Positions 11,205-22,000 of a stretch of DNA of 64,000 nt are shown piece by piece. The DNA comes from a virus: positions 7,795 through 71,794 of the IMG/VR virus record IMGVR_UViG_3300024336_000009. One strand, 5' to 3'. How positions within the stretch are numbered: position 1 is the stretch's first letter; each line of letters begins with the position of its first letter. The notes below the pieces were generated by a model, which was given only the letters and a program-made list of their open reading frames with translations, did not search any database and was not told the DNA's origin. Both the position numbers and the translations under genes were made by a program.

Positions 11205-11969
11205 TTATTTGAACTGGCCCCAGTTATTATTAATTGCAATTTTTTGCATATCCCTGAAAATGTCAACATCTTCTTCCAATAAATTTTGAGCAAAATCTTG
11301 TTTATGCCCAGAACCATTTTTTTCATACCTATCTATCACCGACGAATTAAACGAATTTCTTCTAGCCGCATCCAAATTGGGATATACGGTCACATCCTTT
11401 GTAATTAATACATTACACCCCAATGGTGATGATGCATTATTTAATCTTTCAAATTGATGTGGGTCTTTGCCACCAAGCCTTTCTGAATTTTTCAATAACC
11501 TTACGAAAAAATCCCGATTCCATACAGATGGTAATAGAGATGTAGTATGGCATACCGATTGATTGTCCAAACATGAATACCAATTCCCACTATAATTACT
11601 GCCAGCTTTATTCGTATAATCTTTATGGAGATATAACTTATCAACACCCCCATTCTCAAGCAGATTAATTCCCTCGTTTAATCGTTCAATATTAACCTCA
11701 TCGATCAAATAATGATCTTCAAATGAAACCAAAAAATATTCATCGTCTATTGATTCGAAATAATCTATTAATGGATATGTCCATATCGGGTTGTCAACTT
11801 GTTTTCCCATACTATGAAAATCATAATTATCACCAAGAACAACATTTGGAGTATCAAATCCCAATATTGTAGTATGTATATTATCACCAGTCCAATATTT
11901 ATTAAAAAGTTTTATATATCCTTCCAATAAAAAATTGTACCTATCCGATGTTATCACAAAATTTCTCAT
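11205..11969 (-). CDS. Hypothetical protein, possible GT-A fold
   Basis: 254-aa ORF; SFEDHY, PSVWNR; glycan-cluster context. Confidence 0.5.
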   Translation of the reverse strand: MRNFVITSDRYNFLLEGYIKLFNKYWTGDNIHTTILGFDTPNVVLGDNYDFHSMGKQVDNPIWTYPLIDYFESIDDEYFLVSFEDHYLIDEVNIERLNEGINLLENGGVDKLYLHKDYTNKAGSNYSGNWYSCLDNQSVCHTTSLLPSVWNRDFFVRLLKNSERLGGKDPHQFERLNNASSPLGCNVLITKDVTVYPNLDAARRNSFNSSVIDRYEKNGSGHKQDFAQNLLEEDVDIFRDMQKIAINNNWGQFK

Positions 11970-12274
11970 TATTTGTCCTCTCCACTATAAAATTTATTTT
12001 TGGAATTTCCTAATAATTCTTCAGCTGTAAGATTAAATGTTGAATCTTCGTTTTTGATTTTGTCTATCAATACCCCAATCCCAGCGTTTATTTGATCAAT
12101 CAAGTCATTCCGTTCCCTATTAGTTAAACTTATTTTTTTTAAAAAAATCTTCATTTCATCTTCAGGCATTGATATTTCACCATCACAATAATCGCGTCTA
12201 GCGTCTTCCAAATTCCATAATCTTATATTGGAAATTGACAACTTATCAATTAAATCTCCTATTGTATCCGCCAT
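11969..12274 (-). CDS. DUF4254-like protein
   Basis: DTIGDLIDKLSISNIRLWNLED..R, NRERNDLIDQIN. Confidence 0.65.
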   Translation of the reverse strand: MADTIGDLIDKLSISNIRLWNLEDARRDYCDGEISMPEDEMKIFLKKISLTNRERNDLIDQINAGIGVLIDKIKNEDSTFNLTAEELLGNSKNKFYSGEDK

Positions 12275-12289
12275 TATTTTATCTCCATA

Positions 12290-13237
12290 TTAATTTAAAT
12301 TTTTCATAATATATTCAAATTGTTTATCACCCACATGATATTTCACGGTGTGATTATATCCCGCATTGCCTATTTCAATACATTCATCATTGTGATCCAA
12401 GTAGTATCTAATTTTTTCCTCAAATTCTTCTATGGTTGAATATTCCACAAAATTAACAGCGTCTGTAAATTTGTTTGGCATTAGTATGTTATATTTCTGT
12501 GAAAATAGACACGATTTATTAAATGTGGCTTCCCAAAATCTAGCACAAGTATCTCCTCCACCCCACGCATCTATAACTATATACGATTTCACTATCGCTT
12601 CCTTATATTTTTCATAAGACATTCCAGAGCCAATCAATACTCTATGACCTTCAGATTTCAACTTCGTACAAACTTCAACCACTTCTTTTCTAAGTCCATC
12701 GTTTACCTGACCAAACATACATAATATATCAATATCCTTTTCACCCGAATATTGACTTTTGTATCTATCTACCGCCACGAATGGAAGTGGTATTATGCCC
12801 ATATCGGCATCAATCTGATAACATTCCCTTTTAAAATACCATTGGCAATAATCATACATTTCTTGATTAATTCATGGTTCCCCTCTCCGCAATTTGGGAT
12901 TGGATTTGGAATCGCTCACTTGACCAACATTGGGATGACCGTTGAATGTCCACTCGCTTCCATCAATATATGCGGTTTTATGTGGGGCTCCAGTTTTGAT
13001 TACCATATCATAATCTATACCGGGATATCCACCATTCCGCTTGCCCCATATGGCAAAAACATAATCACAATCTTCGACATGAGATAATACACCCGATTCT
13101 GAATATACATCTTCTTCACGAATGCCATTACCCAGTTGAGATGATATTATTTCCACACCACATTTGTACATTCCTTCAATTACAGATTCCGCCAAATAAT
13201 CCAATTTTCTATCGGGTGGGATTACAACTATTTTCAT
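12290..13237 (-). CDS. CgeB-like/GT1_2 glycosyltransferase, TGA=Trp at 12872
   Basis: MKIVVIPP start; C-terminal RFWEA..KIRYYLDH..IGNAGY..H typical of CgeB-like proteins; fragments in frame. Confidence 0.7.
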
Positions 13238-13238
13238 T

Positions 13239-13868
13239 TTATATGGTCTCGTAGAATTCGTTTTGTTTTTCCTGCTTTGCAATGGATTTGACATGCATCA
13301 TCGCCCATTGTTCTTCGGCTGGTAGGCGGCCAATAATTTCGGCCCCGACTATAACCTCATGGACTTTATTTTCCCACTTGATATCTGGGGAGTTGCGATA
13401 AATTCTTGCCTGATAATCAGGCCAGTTGACCCAACCCCTATCATTAACTTTCCAACCCCATTTAGTGATGTGTTCTTGTCTGAGACCATTGACGATATTG
13501 ATGCGAGGCACCCAAATCATATCAACATTTTCATTATTATCTAAAACCCCATCGATATTTTCAATTAAATCTGGATGAAAGTATTCATCGGCATCCACAT
13601 TTACGATATAGGCACCCGTGCATTTTGAGTTAGCGAAGTTCTTTTGACTTGCAAAGTCTTTATTCAATTCCCGTTGAAAAATGTGTATGTCAGGCATTTG
13701 ATCATATTTTTTAAGTATTCCCATAGTGACTTCATCTGTGCTAAAATCGTCCACAATTATAATTTCAGATTCATAATCACCGGTGGATATCAATGTCACA
13801 ATTTGATTCAGTAATTTTTCCAATACAAGTCCTTCATTATGTACTAATATGCTAAATGACAAATCCAT
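13239..13868 (-). CDS. Glycosyltransferase family 2
   Basis: VDDFSTD, DFASQKN, VDADE, WENKVHE. Confidence 0.85.
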   Translation of the reverse strand: MDLSFSILVHNEGLVLEKLLNQIVTLISTGDYESEIIIVDDFSTDEVTMGILKKYDQMPDIHIFQRELNKDFASQKNFANSKCTGAYIVNVDADEYFHPDLIENIDGVLDNNENVDMIWVPRINIVNGLRQEHITKWGWKVNDRGWVNWPDYQARIYRNSPDIKWENKVHEVIVGAEIIGRLPAEEQWAMMHVKSIAKQEKQNEFYETI

Positions 13869-13870
13869 AA

Positions 13871-14323
13871 TTATCTCCCTATTTTCTTAATATCCCGCGG
13901 AAATTGATAGTCCAATAAATACAACGCCGTTGTTTTAAGTTTGTCTATTTCAAACATACGATAAACATCCGTGCCCTTCAAAATTGGACTCAGGTGGGAA
14001 TATGAATTTTTCATATCGCCAATTATCATTCTATTATATTTCATGCCCTCTTTTTCCTCACGAATTATCCCGTCGAAAAAATTCAATACACGTCGTAGAT
14101 GAGGTCCCCTGAGCTTTAATTTCTGCTGTTCTCTCAACTGTAAGGTGTGTACCACTTTTGTAATAGTTCCATCCTTGCGCTTGCTCCAAGTTTTAGAATC
14201 GAATATATCGGTCAGAACTAATACAGTTCGCCATTTCTTTTTAGCACCTTCACCATATACAAAGGTTAATACTTGTCCCGGTTCAATCTGGTTCCAATTG
14301 ATTTTAATTCTATTTTCATTCAT
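13871..14323 (-). CDS. Hypothetical protein
   Basis: 150-aa ORF in a tightly packed operon. Confidence 0.6.
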   Translation of the reverse strand: MNENRIKINWNQIEPGQVLTFVYGEGAKKKWRTVLVLTDIFDSKTWSKRKDGTITKVVHTLQLREQQKLKLRGPHLRRVLNFFDGIIREEKEGMKYNRMIIGDMKNSYSHLSPILKGTDVYRMFEIDKLKTTALYLLDYQFPRDIKKIGR

Positions 14324-14324
14324 T

Positions 14325-14798
14325 TTATTGGGTCTCTAAATCTACGGTAATTCCCATGCTTTTTACGGCACCTAGAAAATCAAATTTATTGTATATTTCG
14401 GCACCTTCGGTGTCCAAACGGCTCTCATAAAATTCTCCATCTTTTCCCGGTACTGGATATTCCTTTTGGCTTTCTTTATCTATTTCTACCACTTTGGCAT
14501 ATCTCCATACCCAATTATCTTCTTTACCCTCTGGGAATATGATGCCTTTTGGACCCATATTTAATACACTGGGATACCAGAACAGCTCTCGCTCGGTATC
14601 AAATACTTCAAGACTTCTAATCAATTCGGGAGTATTCTTTATATGTTTGGCTCTTTCTTTTGATTCTTTAGTGTAATGTGAATTACTGGTGTACCCACAT
14701 CTGAAGCACATATATGATTTAAAGTCATTTTCTTCCATTGTATCTTCAAAACAATGATCATCGCTGTCACATACTGGACATTTTACAATTATTTCCAT
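14325..14798 (-). CDS. Hypothetical Zn-ribbon protein
   Basis: CPVC...CFRC. Confidence 0.6.
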   Translation of the reverse strand: MEIIVKCPVCDSDDHCFEDTMEENDFKSYMCFRCGYTSNSHYTKESKERAKHIKNTPELIRSLEVFDTERELFWYPSVLNMGPKGIIFPEGKEDNWVWRYAKVVEIDKESQKEYPVPGKDGEFYESRLDTEGAEIYNKFDFLGAVKSMGITVDLETQ

Positions 14799-14802
14799 TT
14801 TA

Positions 14803-15087
14803 TTAATCCTCTACTATTTTTACTTTTTGGGTTTTTATATGCAAATTGATTTCTGGTATTTCACCGGCCGGAGTGGGAGTGTCGGTTACAACCAAATAAA
14901 ATAACATCTGATCCCAATCTTCAGACGGTTCGGTTTTCGCCATTTGATCTTCAAAAGTTAAATCCTTAGTCAATTCCCTATTTGGGTATTCTTCTTTACT
15001 TCTAGGATCGGACATTGGGATTATTTGCATGATATCATACCACCAATGTTTTAATTTATCATACGATCCATATAATATATCATCCAC
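14803..15087 (-). CDS. Hypothetical protein
   Basis: GTG start overlapping the upstream TAG. Confidence 0.5.
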   Translation of the reverse strand: MDDILYGSYDKLKHWWYDIMQIIPMSDPRSKEEYPNRELTKDLTFEDQMAKTEPSEDWDQMLFYLVVTDTPTPAGEIPEINLHIKTQKVKIVED

Positions 15088-15260
15088 TATTCAGTCCCTT
15101 TAGTGTCTCCGAATCGGTCGGGGTATAATTCTTCAATTTTACTTCTGATGGGATATTTTATGGCATATTCAAGTTGTTTGATATAACGATATACAGAATA
15201 TTCCACGTTAACTTTTTCTAATTCACCGTTGGTATTTTTTATAGATACTATATGATTCAT
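15087..15260 (-). CDS. Small hypothetical protein (57 aa, MNHIVSIKN...)
   Basis: Fills the gap with TAATG and TAGTG overlaps; not in the ORF track. Confidence 0.5.
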   Translation of the reverse strand: MNHIVSIKNTNGELEKVNVEYSVYRYIKQLEYAIKYPIRSKIEELYPDRFGDTKGTE

Positions 15261-16636
15261 TATTTTGTCACCTTTTTTAGTTTTGGCATTTTTGCGGTCA
15301 TTTTACTATCGGTTGTTTTCTTCAATGTAGGTAGCTTCATTTTTGGTGAGCCCCCACCCTTTTTCTTCAATTTGGGTAGTACCAAATTCGCTTCAGTTGT
15401 GAAAACGGGGAGATATTTATCAAGTACATTTTCAAATGCGATTGTCATTGCATCCATTGAAAATTTACCTTTGTTGATTAGAGAAAACACTTTAGCAGAT
15501 TTGGTATATTTGTTGTAACTATCAAACACATCTTTTAATATCTTGGATGCAAAACCATAATCTACTGTAAACCAGTGTGCCCCATCTACCACCAAACCAT
15601 TTTGGAGACCATCTTTGGGAACTTTCACCAGACCACCTGGTAATAATGTTGTATGTTTTTCATGCAAAAAATCTAAATGACCGGACCATTTGGGTGCAAT
15701 GATGGGTTTTTCACTAAACACAGCTTCAAGAAGTGGACGACCAAAACCCTCACCATGCGTAAATGTTACGTGTGCCTTAACCTTTGGGTGATTATACAAT
15801 TCATTCATTTCAACGTCAGTCAAATCGCCGTGCAACACATAGATATTTGGGAGCTTGTTATTACCCATTGAATCTTTAATTTGATCAATTTTGGCCAATA
15901 TCATTTCCCGATCCAATATAGAAAAACTGGACCCACTTGTTTTCAATATTAATGCCGGAGCTTTTGCTTTATTTTTAAATGTATCAAAAAATGTCCTAAT
16001 TAACATCCCCAAATCTTTTCTATCATTGCCCAATCCACCTTGTAACCAATGACCAACAAATAAAAATGCAAAGCTCTCCTTAACTACTGACATTTCAGCT
16101 TTCAATTCGGCTCCTACATTGTTAATCTTTTTGTATATATCAGTATCGGCACCTTCAAATAACACTTCAATTGGTTTTTGCATTTCAATTTCACGGGTAA
16201 CATTTCCATCCTTACCCTTTTCAGTAAATTTGAGACTATTGAACATACCCTTAACAAATTCCGATGGTACAATATTCAAGTCCATGCGATTCATCCCATC
16301 AATCCATTCGGGAGGACAAACAGTAGTTTCCACACCAGCCGTTATACCGATGTTATATTTCCCAGGATTCTGAAATTCGTTTGGCACGGTGCATTGCATA
16401 AATACTTCCGGCTGTCTGTTCATCCTAGGTTCATTCATTAACCTATCTATGATGATTTTATCATCTTTATTTAGATAATCCAAAGCATCTTGTGGAGTTT
16501 CCCCCCATTTTGTAGGTAAAATTTTGACATCAAATTTATCCATTTTTATTATTGATCTGATAATATCTCTCGAGTGTGAGCCGTACCCCGATCTAGTAGC
16601 CACCGGAGCCATAAAAACTAATACTGGTTTATTCAT
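15260..16636 (-). CDS. GT-B (family 4-like) glycosyltransferase
   Basis: SGYGSHSR, GEGFGRPLLEA, SGHLDF. Confidence 0.85.
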   Translation of the reverse strand: MNKPVLVFMAPVATRSGYGSHSRDIIRSIIKMDKFDVKILPTKWGETPQDALDYLNKDDKIIIDRLMNEPRMNRQPEVFMQCTVPNEFQNPGKYNIGITAGVETTVCPPEWIDGMNRMDLNIVPSEFVKGMFNSLKFTEKGKDGNVTREIEMQKPIEVLFEGADTDIYKKINNVGAELKAEMSVVKESFAFLFVGHWLQGGLGNDRKDLGMLIRTFFDTFKNKAKAPALILKTSGSSFSILDREMILAKIDQIKDSMGNNKLPNIYVLHGDLTDVEMNELYNHPKVKAHVTFTHGEGFGRPLLEAVFSEKPIIAPKWSGHLDFLHEKHTTLLPGGLVKVPKDGLQNGLVVDGAHWFTVDYGFASKILKDVFDSYNKYTKSAKVFSLINKGKFSMDAMTIAFENVLDKYLPVFTTEANLVLPKLKKKGGGSPKMKLPTLKKTTDSKMTAKMPKLKKVTK

Positions 16637-16662
16637 AACAATTCCTTTCGATGCGATATTTT

Positions 16663-18258
16663 TTAATTTTGACAGTCTGGAATGTATATATTTCCAGCTT
16701 CAATTTTTTTAGTAAGTCGCAATCCATTGTCTTTCATTTTCTTTTTTTGATTTTGAACTTTAAACATTGTGAATCTTTTTCTGGGCATCCATTCTTCAAA
16801 GGTTTCATCCATGTATTTGATAAATCCACCACACATTTCAGCCGCGGACATTTTGATCTTATCGTCCATAACATATTCCCGACCCTTAAGTCCAGCCTCT
16901 TTTCTATCTTCTTCTGGAGTATCGTACCATTCTAATATTCTGATAGCAATATCTTGCCAGTCACACCTATCGTCAGCGATATATGGAGTTGGAACCGACC
17001 CTACGATTGCCCTATTAGTAGGCCATATTGGTTTTGACCATTCACCATGCTTTGTATATCTACCGTCATGATTTGAGCCCCAACCATTTGAATAATCCTT
17101 CACGGATACATACGATCCGTCATCCTTTTTAAATCCAACCTGATCTTGAAGTCCCCCAGTCGTATTGACTATGATCGGTGTGCCGGCCATTAGTGATTCC
17201 GCCGTACCCAATCCGAATCCTTCATTTGAAGATACCAATGTGGTTACATCTCCAACATTATAAAGGAAATTTAGATGTTTAACGTCCAATTTATTATGTG
17301 AAAAGGTGATATTATACCCATCGGCAAGTTCACCAATAACAGCTGGCAAATCTGTACCATTTTCATCCACTGGTTGGGTATGCAATACCAATAAACACTT
17401 TTTGGCTTTATCTGGAGGTAAATTATCACAAAAGGTTTTAAACCCATAAATTAAATCCGTAGTCATTTTCCGGCGTATATTTCGGCTATTATATAATACA
17501 ACAAATTCAATATCCATCCCATTAACAACTTCTTTTCTAAATTGTTGAAATTCAACCCATTCTTCATGATCTTTATCAATTGGGTAAAAATCATGCTCAT
17601 TGATGCCATGGGGAACATAACTAATTCTAGTTTCCATATCATTGTCGTTATGGTTTTCATTCAGTACTTCATTAATTGACATATCAATAACTTTAGAATC
17701 TGTTTCCAATAATGCCGATTTGTGAATATAATGGGATTGTTTTGAAATGGCCATGATCAAATCGCAAGATTCATAGAATCGTTTATTGTACATAGGCACT
17801 GGCAAATCATCCCAAAGTGCATAATAAAAAATGGGTATATTTTGCCTAATTTCATGTTCCATTTGATACAACCAACCCCAAAATCTTGGGTCTGTAAAAT
17901 GTAGTATCGCGTCCGGCTTGTCAGTTGTCATTATTTGCCTAACCAAATCTTGATTGCCATACCCGTTAACTGGATATATTTTGCAATTTGGGTCTGGGAC
18001 TCCAGTTTCCAATTTCAATGAATCGGACATATCAATTATTTTATTGACATCTGGATGTTTTATTGCACCCCCGATTTGAATAATATTAAATCTGTGGATT
18101 ATCCCAAAAACTATTTCCTTTGTCATAGTCCCCACCCCAGACTGCATCCTTAAATCGTCTGATAATATCAATATTGTTTTTCGTTGATCAATTGGTAGAA
18201 CTTCACTACCGTTTCTCATATCACCAACACTTCAAATTCTTGTATCCTTATTGCTCAT
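16663..18258 (-). CDS. GT-B (family 4-like) glycosyltransferase; probable start 18258 with TGA=Trp at codon 9 (18232)
   Basis: GGAGG RBS precedes ATG 18258; NEGFGLGTAESLMAGTP, TGGLQDQ. Confidence 0.85.
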
Positions 18259-18272
18259 ATTGTAACCTCCGA

Positions 18273-18464
18273 TTAAAATTTACTGCCACTCAATGGCAGT
18301 TCATAATTTAATATTTCTTGTCTGTATTCGTCATCATTCACGTACTTGTATATAGATCGATTGACTAGCTTTTGCAATGTAAATTCATCCGTAATGGCGT
18401 GGTATTTAAATTGCTTGTATCAGTCTGTTATTATCTTTACTGTCGTTAATTTTGTATCTTCCAT
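18273..18464 (-). CDS. Small possible ribbon-helix-helix-type regulator, TGA=Trp at 18420
   Basis: GGAG RBS; MEDTKLTTVKIITD-W-YKQFK...FTLQKLVNRSIYKY; ends in TAA. Confidence 0.55.
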
Positions 18465-18522
18465 ATTTTTCTTCTCCATCCGTATATATATATGTACACC
18501 CTCTAATATATATATCAGGGGA

Positions 18523-18930
18523 CTAATTAAAAACGACGACTTTTTTTTCTAATTTTTTGGCATGTTTTATAGTATCATTCGTACCCTTGCTTTCCTTACC
18601 CTTTGGTATAAACGCAAAAATATAATCTGAATATTCCGCTATCTGTTTATTCCTAGCTGAGTAATTCCAGACCCTATATGGCTTGTCATATTCAGTTTGC
18701 TCAAGAATACAATGGGAATTATATGGATAGTGTGCAGGCGGGAACGATACATATTTCATGTCCAATTCAAGGGCTATTTTTTTAGCCATTCCATCGGCAC
18801 CCTGTTTCTGTTCTCCACTCACTATTTCTAAATCTTCCCCAAATCGTTCCTTAAGTTTAAAAATAACATCTTTTATTTTCCTCATGTTCACGTATTCACG
18901 ACTTCCGATCACGCCTATTTTAACTGTCAT
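18523..18930 (-). CDS. SLOG superfamily (YspA-like) protein
   Basis: IGVIGSR, IVSG..GAD, RNKQIAEYSD, SKGT. Confidence 0.75.
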   Translation of the reverse strand: MTVKIGVIGSREYVNMRKIKDVIFKLKERFGEDLEIVSGEQKQGADGMAKKIALELDMKYVSFPPAHYPYNSHCILEQTEYDKPYRVWNYSARNKQIAEYSDYIFAFIPKGKESKGTNDTIKHAKKLEKKVVVFN

Positions 18931-19660
18931 ATTTTGCTCCTTTTTTTAAATTTTCTTCCCATGGGATAAACCTCAGATTGTTAATATCCGCAATTTCAAT
19001 AGGATCAATGCCATTCATAAATCCATAGTGAATTGATATTATATGATCTAAGTGATATGCACCAACAGTTCCGGCCCGACCCCTGAGATCATAATTTTCC
19101 AATGTATCAAATTGTTGTTTTTCAGTCAAAAGTCTTACCCTTTTAAGATATAATTCTTTTTCTGGCATCTCACGTTCATATTGATCATAGGAATCGTACC
19201 CATATTTGATCATCAGCTGTTGTTTCGTATGTTCTGAATTTTGTTTGCTAATTCCCATTAATATATCATTGTTATGTTTTGTAAGACCTTTATTTCAAGG
19301 CGAATTATGACTGAAATATCCATTTTCACGTATATATTCACGAACCTCCATTGACCTTTTCTTCCCTTTATTTGATTTGCCTATTTTCATATTTCACTCG
19401 GGCGTTCTATCGTAACCACTGGATATGCAACTCCGGCATCTAGTATTTCTTTTTATAGACGTTCGTAAAGCAGTCCAAGAACTAAATTTTATCATATTAC
19501 CACATTTGGGGCACTTTTTTTCCATTTCTTTTGGATTTGTGTATATTTGATGTGAACAGCTTTTGCATGACAAATTATGTTCTACCGCGTATTTTAACCT
19601 ATATTTATTGCAATAATATTGATTTCTATTACATGTCGGGCATGTCTTTTTTCATTTCAT
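18920..19660 (-). CDS. Free-standing homing-endonuclease-like protein (Zn ribbons, NUMOD-type motif, HNH-like C-terminus); three TGA=Trp (19652, 19394, 19295)
   Basis: CPTC/CKSC/CPKC/CRSC, SP-W-NKGLTK, YHLDHIISI...NL....WEENLKK. Confidence 0.7.
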
Positions 19661-19796
19661 CCTTTTTCTCCTGATATTTCTTCTTAGCATCTTCAAGGAT
19701 TTTTTCACGGTGGCGCCAATAGTAATCCATACGGTGTTTCCGTTTGGCTTCCAATTGTTCTTCTTCAGTCTCATACTTCCTTTTTCTACCAGCCAT
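19629..19796 (-). CDS. Small basic helical protein (MAGRKRKYETEEEQLEAKRKHRMDYYWRHREKILE...), copy 1
   Basis: AAGGA RBS; paralogous to 23102..23248 and 36636..36815. Confidence 0.65.
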   Translation of the reverse strand: MAGRKRKYETEEEQLEAKRKHRMDYYWRHREKILEDAKKKYQEKKDEMKKDMPDM

Positions 19797-19856
19797 GATT
19801 ATTCCTTTCTAATAATAAATATCAACTTATCCCAAAAAACACACAAAAATATCCAA

Positions 19857-20306
19857 TTATTTTGACCATCTATCGTTCCTTTTTTGTTTTCTACCCTCTG
19901 GTTTTGGTTTTTCAAAAAACTTGGCAGTATCTATAAACGTGGATATCGCATTGCCCATATCTTCAATGCCCCCATATACATATTCAAATTTATAACTTTT
20001 ATGCAAATTTTTATACCGTTCCGGTGTGATATTAAACCACACATGATGTTCAAATGAAGCTACATCAAATCCGTGAGCTTCACTGGTATTTGGTTGCAAT
20101 GGTTTAAATGATACTCTACATGTCAATTCAGAAGAACATCTGTCTACAAATTTTCGTAATTTATCAAGTCGCAATTGACCTTCAATGTACCAAAATTCAG
20201 CCGTAAATCCAGTACTCAATTCGGTCTGGGCTTTATTTATACGCTTCATTATTATATTTTCCATCGGTGTGTCTATAAAATCCGTTAATAATAATCTTAT
20301 AATCAT
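19857..20306 (-). CDS. Hypothetical protein
   Basis: 149-aa ORF in operon. Confidence 0.55.
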   Translation of the reverse strand: MIIRLLLTDFIDTPMENIIMKRINKAQTELSTGFTAEFWYIEGQLRLDKLRKFVDRCSSELTCRVSFKPLQPNTSEAHGFDVASFEHHVWFNITPERYKNLHKSYKFEYVYGGIEDMGNAISTFIDTAKFFEKPKPEGRKQKRNDRWSK

Positions 20307-20311
20307 ATTCT

Positions 20312-21196
20312 TTAACCTTTCATTCTACTTTTAGGTTCACAGTACTCGGGGTGATCTTTGAATGGGCAATATGTACAATTCCTATTATTTTTACCAGACC
20401 GAGCCTGATATTTTCTATCAGTATTATATTCCCCATCTTCAGTAAATCCCTCGGTTACAAGAGCATCCAATTCAGCCATCGCTTTATTTACCGATGGAAC
20501 CCCATTAGCGGGAACAAATCTTTGAATTCGTTTCTGTGGGTAATCTATATTTTCATACAATTTGCGCTTCAATATCAAATATTCAATCTGAATATCGTTT
20601 ATCTTTACATTGTATTTTTCACCATAAAATTTCTTATAAAATAACAATTGGTTGGTTTTGATCTTGTCCATTTTTTGCCACTTATTCCAACCATTAGTGC
20701 TAGTCTTTAAATCAATAATTTTGATTTTTTGGGTTTTTTCATTCAATATGACAACATCCAAATATCCAACAAAATTGACCGGCCCGTATGGTAAATCCAA
20801 ATTAGATTCTATTCCCAATAATTTATGTTTGCGCTTTGGGAAAAATTCCTTTTGATGTGATACCATATACCTGAATATCTTTATACCATCGTAATAAAAT
20901 TCAATCATCTCAGCCTTAGTACATGGATTGGGATCACCCTTTTCCAATGACTTGGCAAATTCAGATTTCATTTCATCAATAAGCATCTGATCCAAATCCA
21001 TCTCATTGGCATTCTTAACACTTTCGTTATACAATGTCAACAAGTACTTCTGGATTACAGTATGCATTGATGTACCAAATATCAAATAAATATTTGTTTC
21101 GTATTCTCCAATTTTTTGAATATATTCTAGATTCCACCTGTGGGGGCATTGTGAATATATCGATACCTGAGAATTAGAAACATGCTGCTTAGCCAT
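20312..21196 (-). CDS. PD-(D/E)XK nuclease (RecB/Cas4-like)
   Basis: SNSQVS.Y.QCP, FGTSMH, GYLD..IIDLKT, QL.FY, C-terminal CTYCPF..C. Confidence 0.8.
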   Translation of the reverse strand: MAKQHVSNSQVSIYSQCPHRWNLEYIQKIGEYETNIYLIFGTSMHTVIQKYLLTLYNESVKNANEMDLDQMLIDEMKSEFAKSLEKGDPNPCTKAEMIEFYYDGIKIFRYMVSHQKEFFPKRKHKLLGIESNLDLPYGPVNFVGYLDVVILNEKTQKIKIIDLKTSTNGWNKWQKMDKIKTNQLLFYKKFYGEKYNVKINDIQIEYLILKRKLYENIDYPQKRIQRFVPANGVPSVNKAMAELDALVTEGFTEDGEYNTDRKYQARSGKNNRNCTYCPFKDHPEYCEPKSRMKG

Positions 21197-21812
21197 AAAA
21201 TCCCCCAATTCTGTCAGCTATACCAAAGGCGATGCATTGTTCAGCATCAAGATACAAGTCATTTTTGGTTTTGTCAATCCAAAAATCACGATTCATTGAA
21301 GTTTTTTCAACGAGCATATCCAATACCGTATCACTCATTTTTTCCATGTGATCCTTTTGGATTTTGATATCATCATATTTGCCACCCATTGTGATTTCAC
21401 CATCATGAAATAGGACTATAGAATTTTTTCCGACTACCCGTTGACCAGTGGTACATGCCAATAAAATGCCTGCAGACGATAACGCCTGTCCGATGACATA
21501 CACATTTACTTTGACCGGCAAGCTATCAATAAAATCAATTAACCCAAACAGTGCATATAAATCTCCACCATTAGAGCTAACCATTAAATTTATATCAGTT
21601 TCACTATTCACATTATACATGAACCCCATTCGATTAATAATATCAGCCACCGATTCTGGTGTGACTTCTCCCACGAAATGAACGGCATTATTTATTAAAT
21701 CAATTCCATTATCTAACTGAAATGCACCAACGTCAATTAAATTGTCATTATTTTCCACTGGTTCTGGTGCATCCACAATCGCCGCTTCAATCTCTTCTTT
21801 TGAATATTTCAT
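21189..21812 (-). CDS. ClpP-like protease
   Basis: SSNGGD, GQALSSAG (Ser), LFHD (His), DLYLDAEQC..FGIAD. Confidence 0.8.
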   Translation of the reverse strand: MKYSKEEIEAAIVDAPEPVENNDNLIDVGAFQLDNGIDLINNAVHFVGEVTPESVADIINRMGFMYNVNSETDINLMVSSNGGDLYALFGLIDFIDSLPVKVNVYVIGQALSSAGILLACTTGQRVVGKNSIVLFHDGEITMGGKYDDIKIQKDHMEKMSDTVLDMLVEKTSMNRDFWIDKTKNDLYLDAEQCIAFGIADRIGGFYG

Positions 21813-21819
21813 AATTCTC

Positions 21820-21999
21820 CTACAATCTCAACTCTATTAATTTTTCTCTTGGCACCCCACGTTTAATTAGGATAGCCTTTAATTCAACCCTGCCCTGTTC
21901 TGTGGCATTGTATGTCTCTGCATACTGTAATGCTTCTTCTTCAGTTACATTCCAGTATTTTTGTATTTCTTCTATTAACCATCTTTTATGTAATGACAT
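21820..21999 (-). CDS. Small protein resembling the C-terminal helices of the adjacent clamp-loader subunit
   Basis: WLIEEIQKYWNVTEEEALQY..ELKAILIKRG vs FIQLLSKHYEVSILEVTEY..DVTEILDLYG. Confidence 0.45.
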   Translation of the reverse strand: MSLHKRWLIEEIQKYWNVTEEEALQYAETYNATEQGRVELKAILIKRGVPREKLIELRL

Positions 22000-22000
22000 T

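Noticed and set aside
15091-15093. TGA upstream of 14803..15087 as another recoded site
   Set aside because: The upstream DNA is occupied by a separate small ORF (15087..15260) in another frame, ending in a TAGTG overlap.
20312-21196. Cas4 indicating a CRISPR-Cas locus
   Set aside because: No other cas genes or array are present; solo PD-(D/E)XK nucleases are common in phages.
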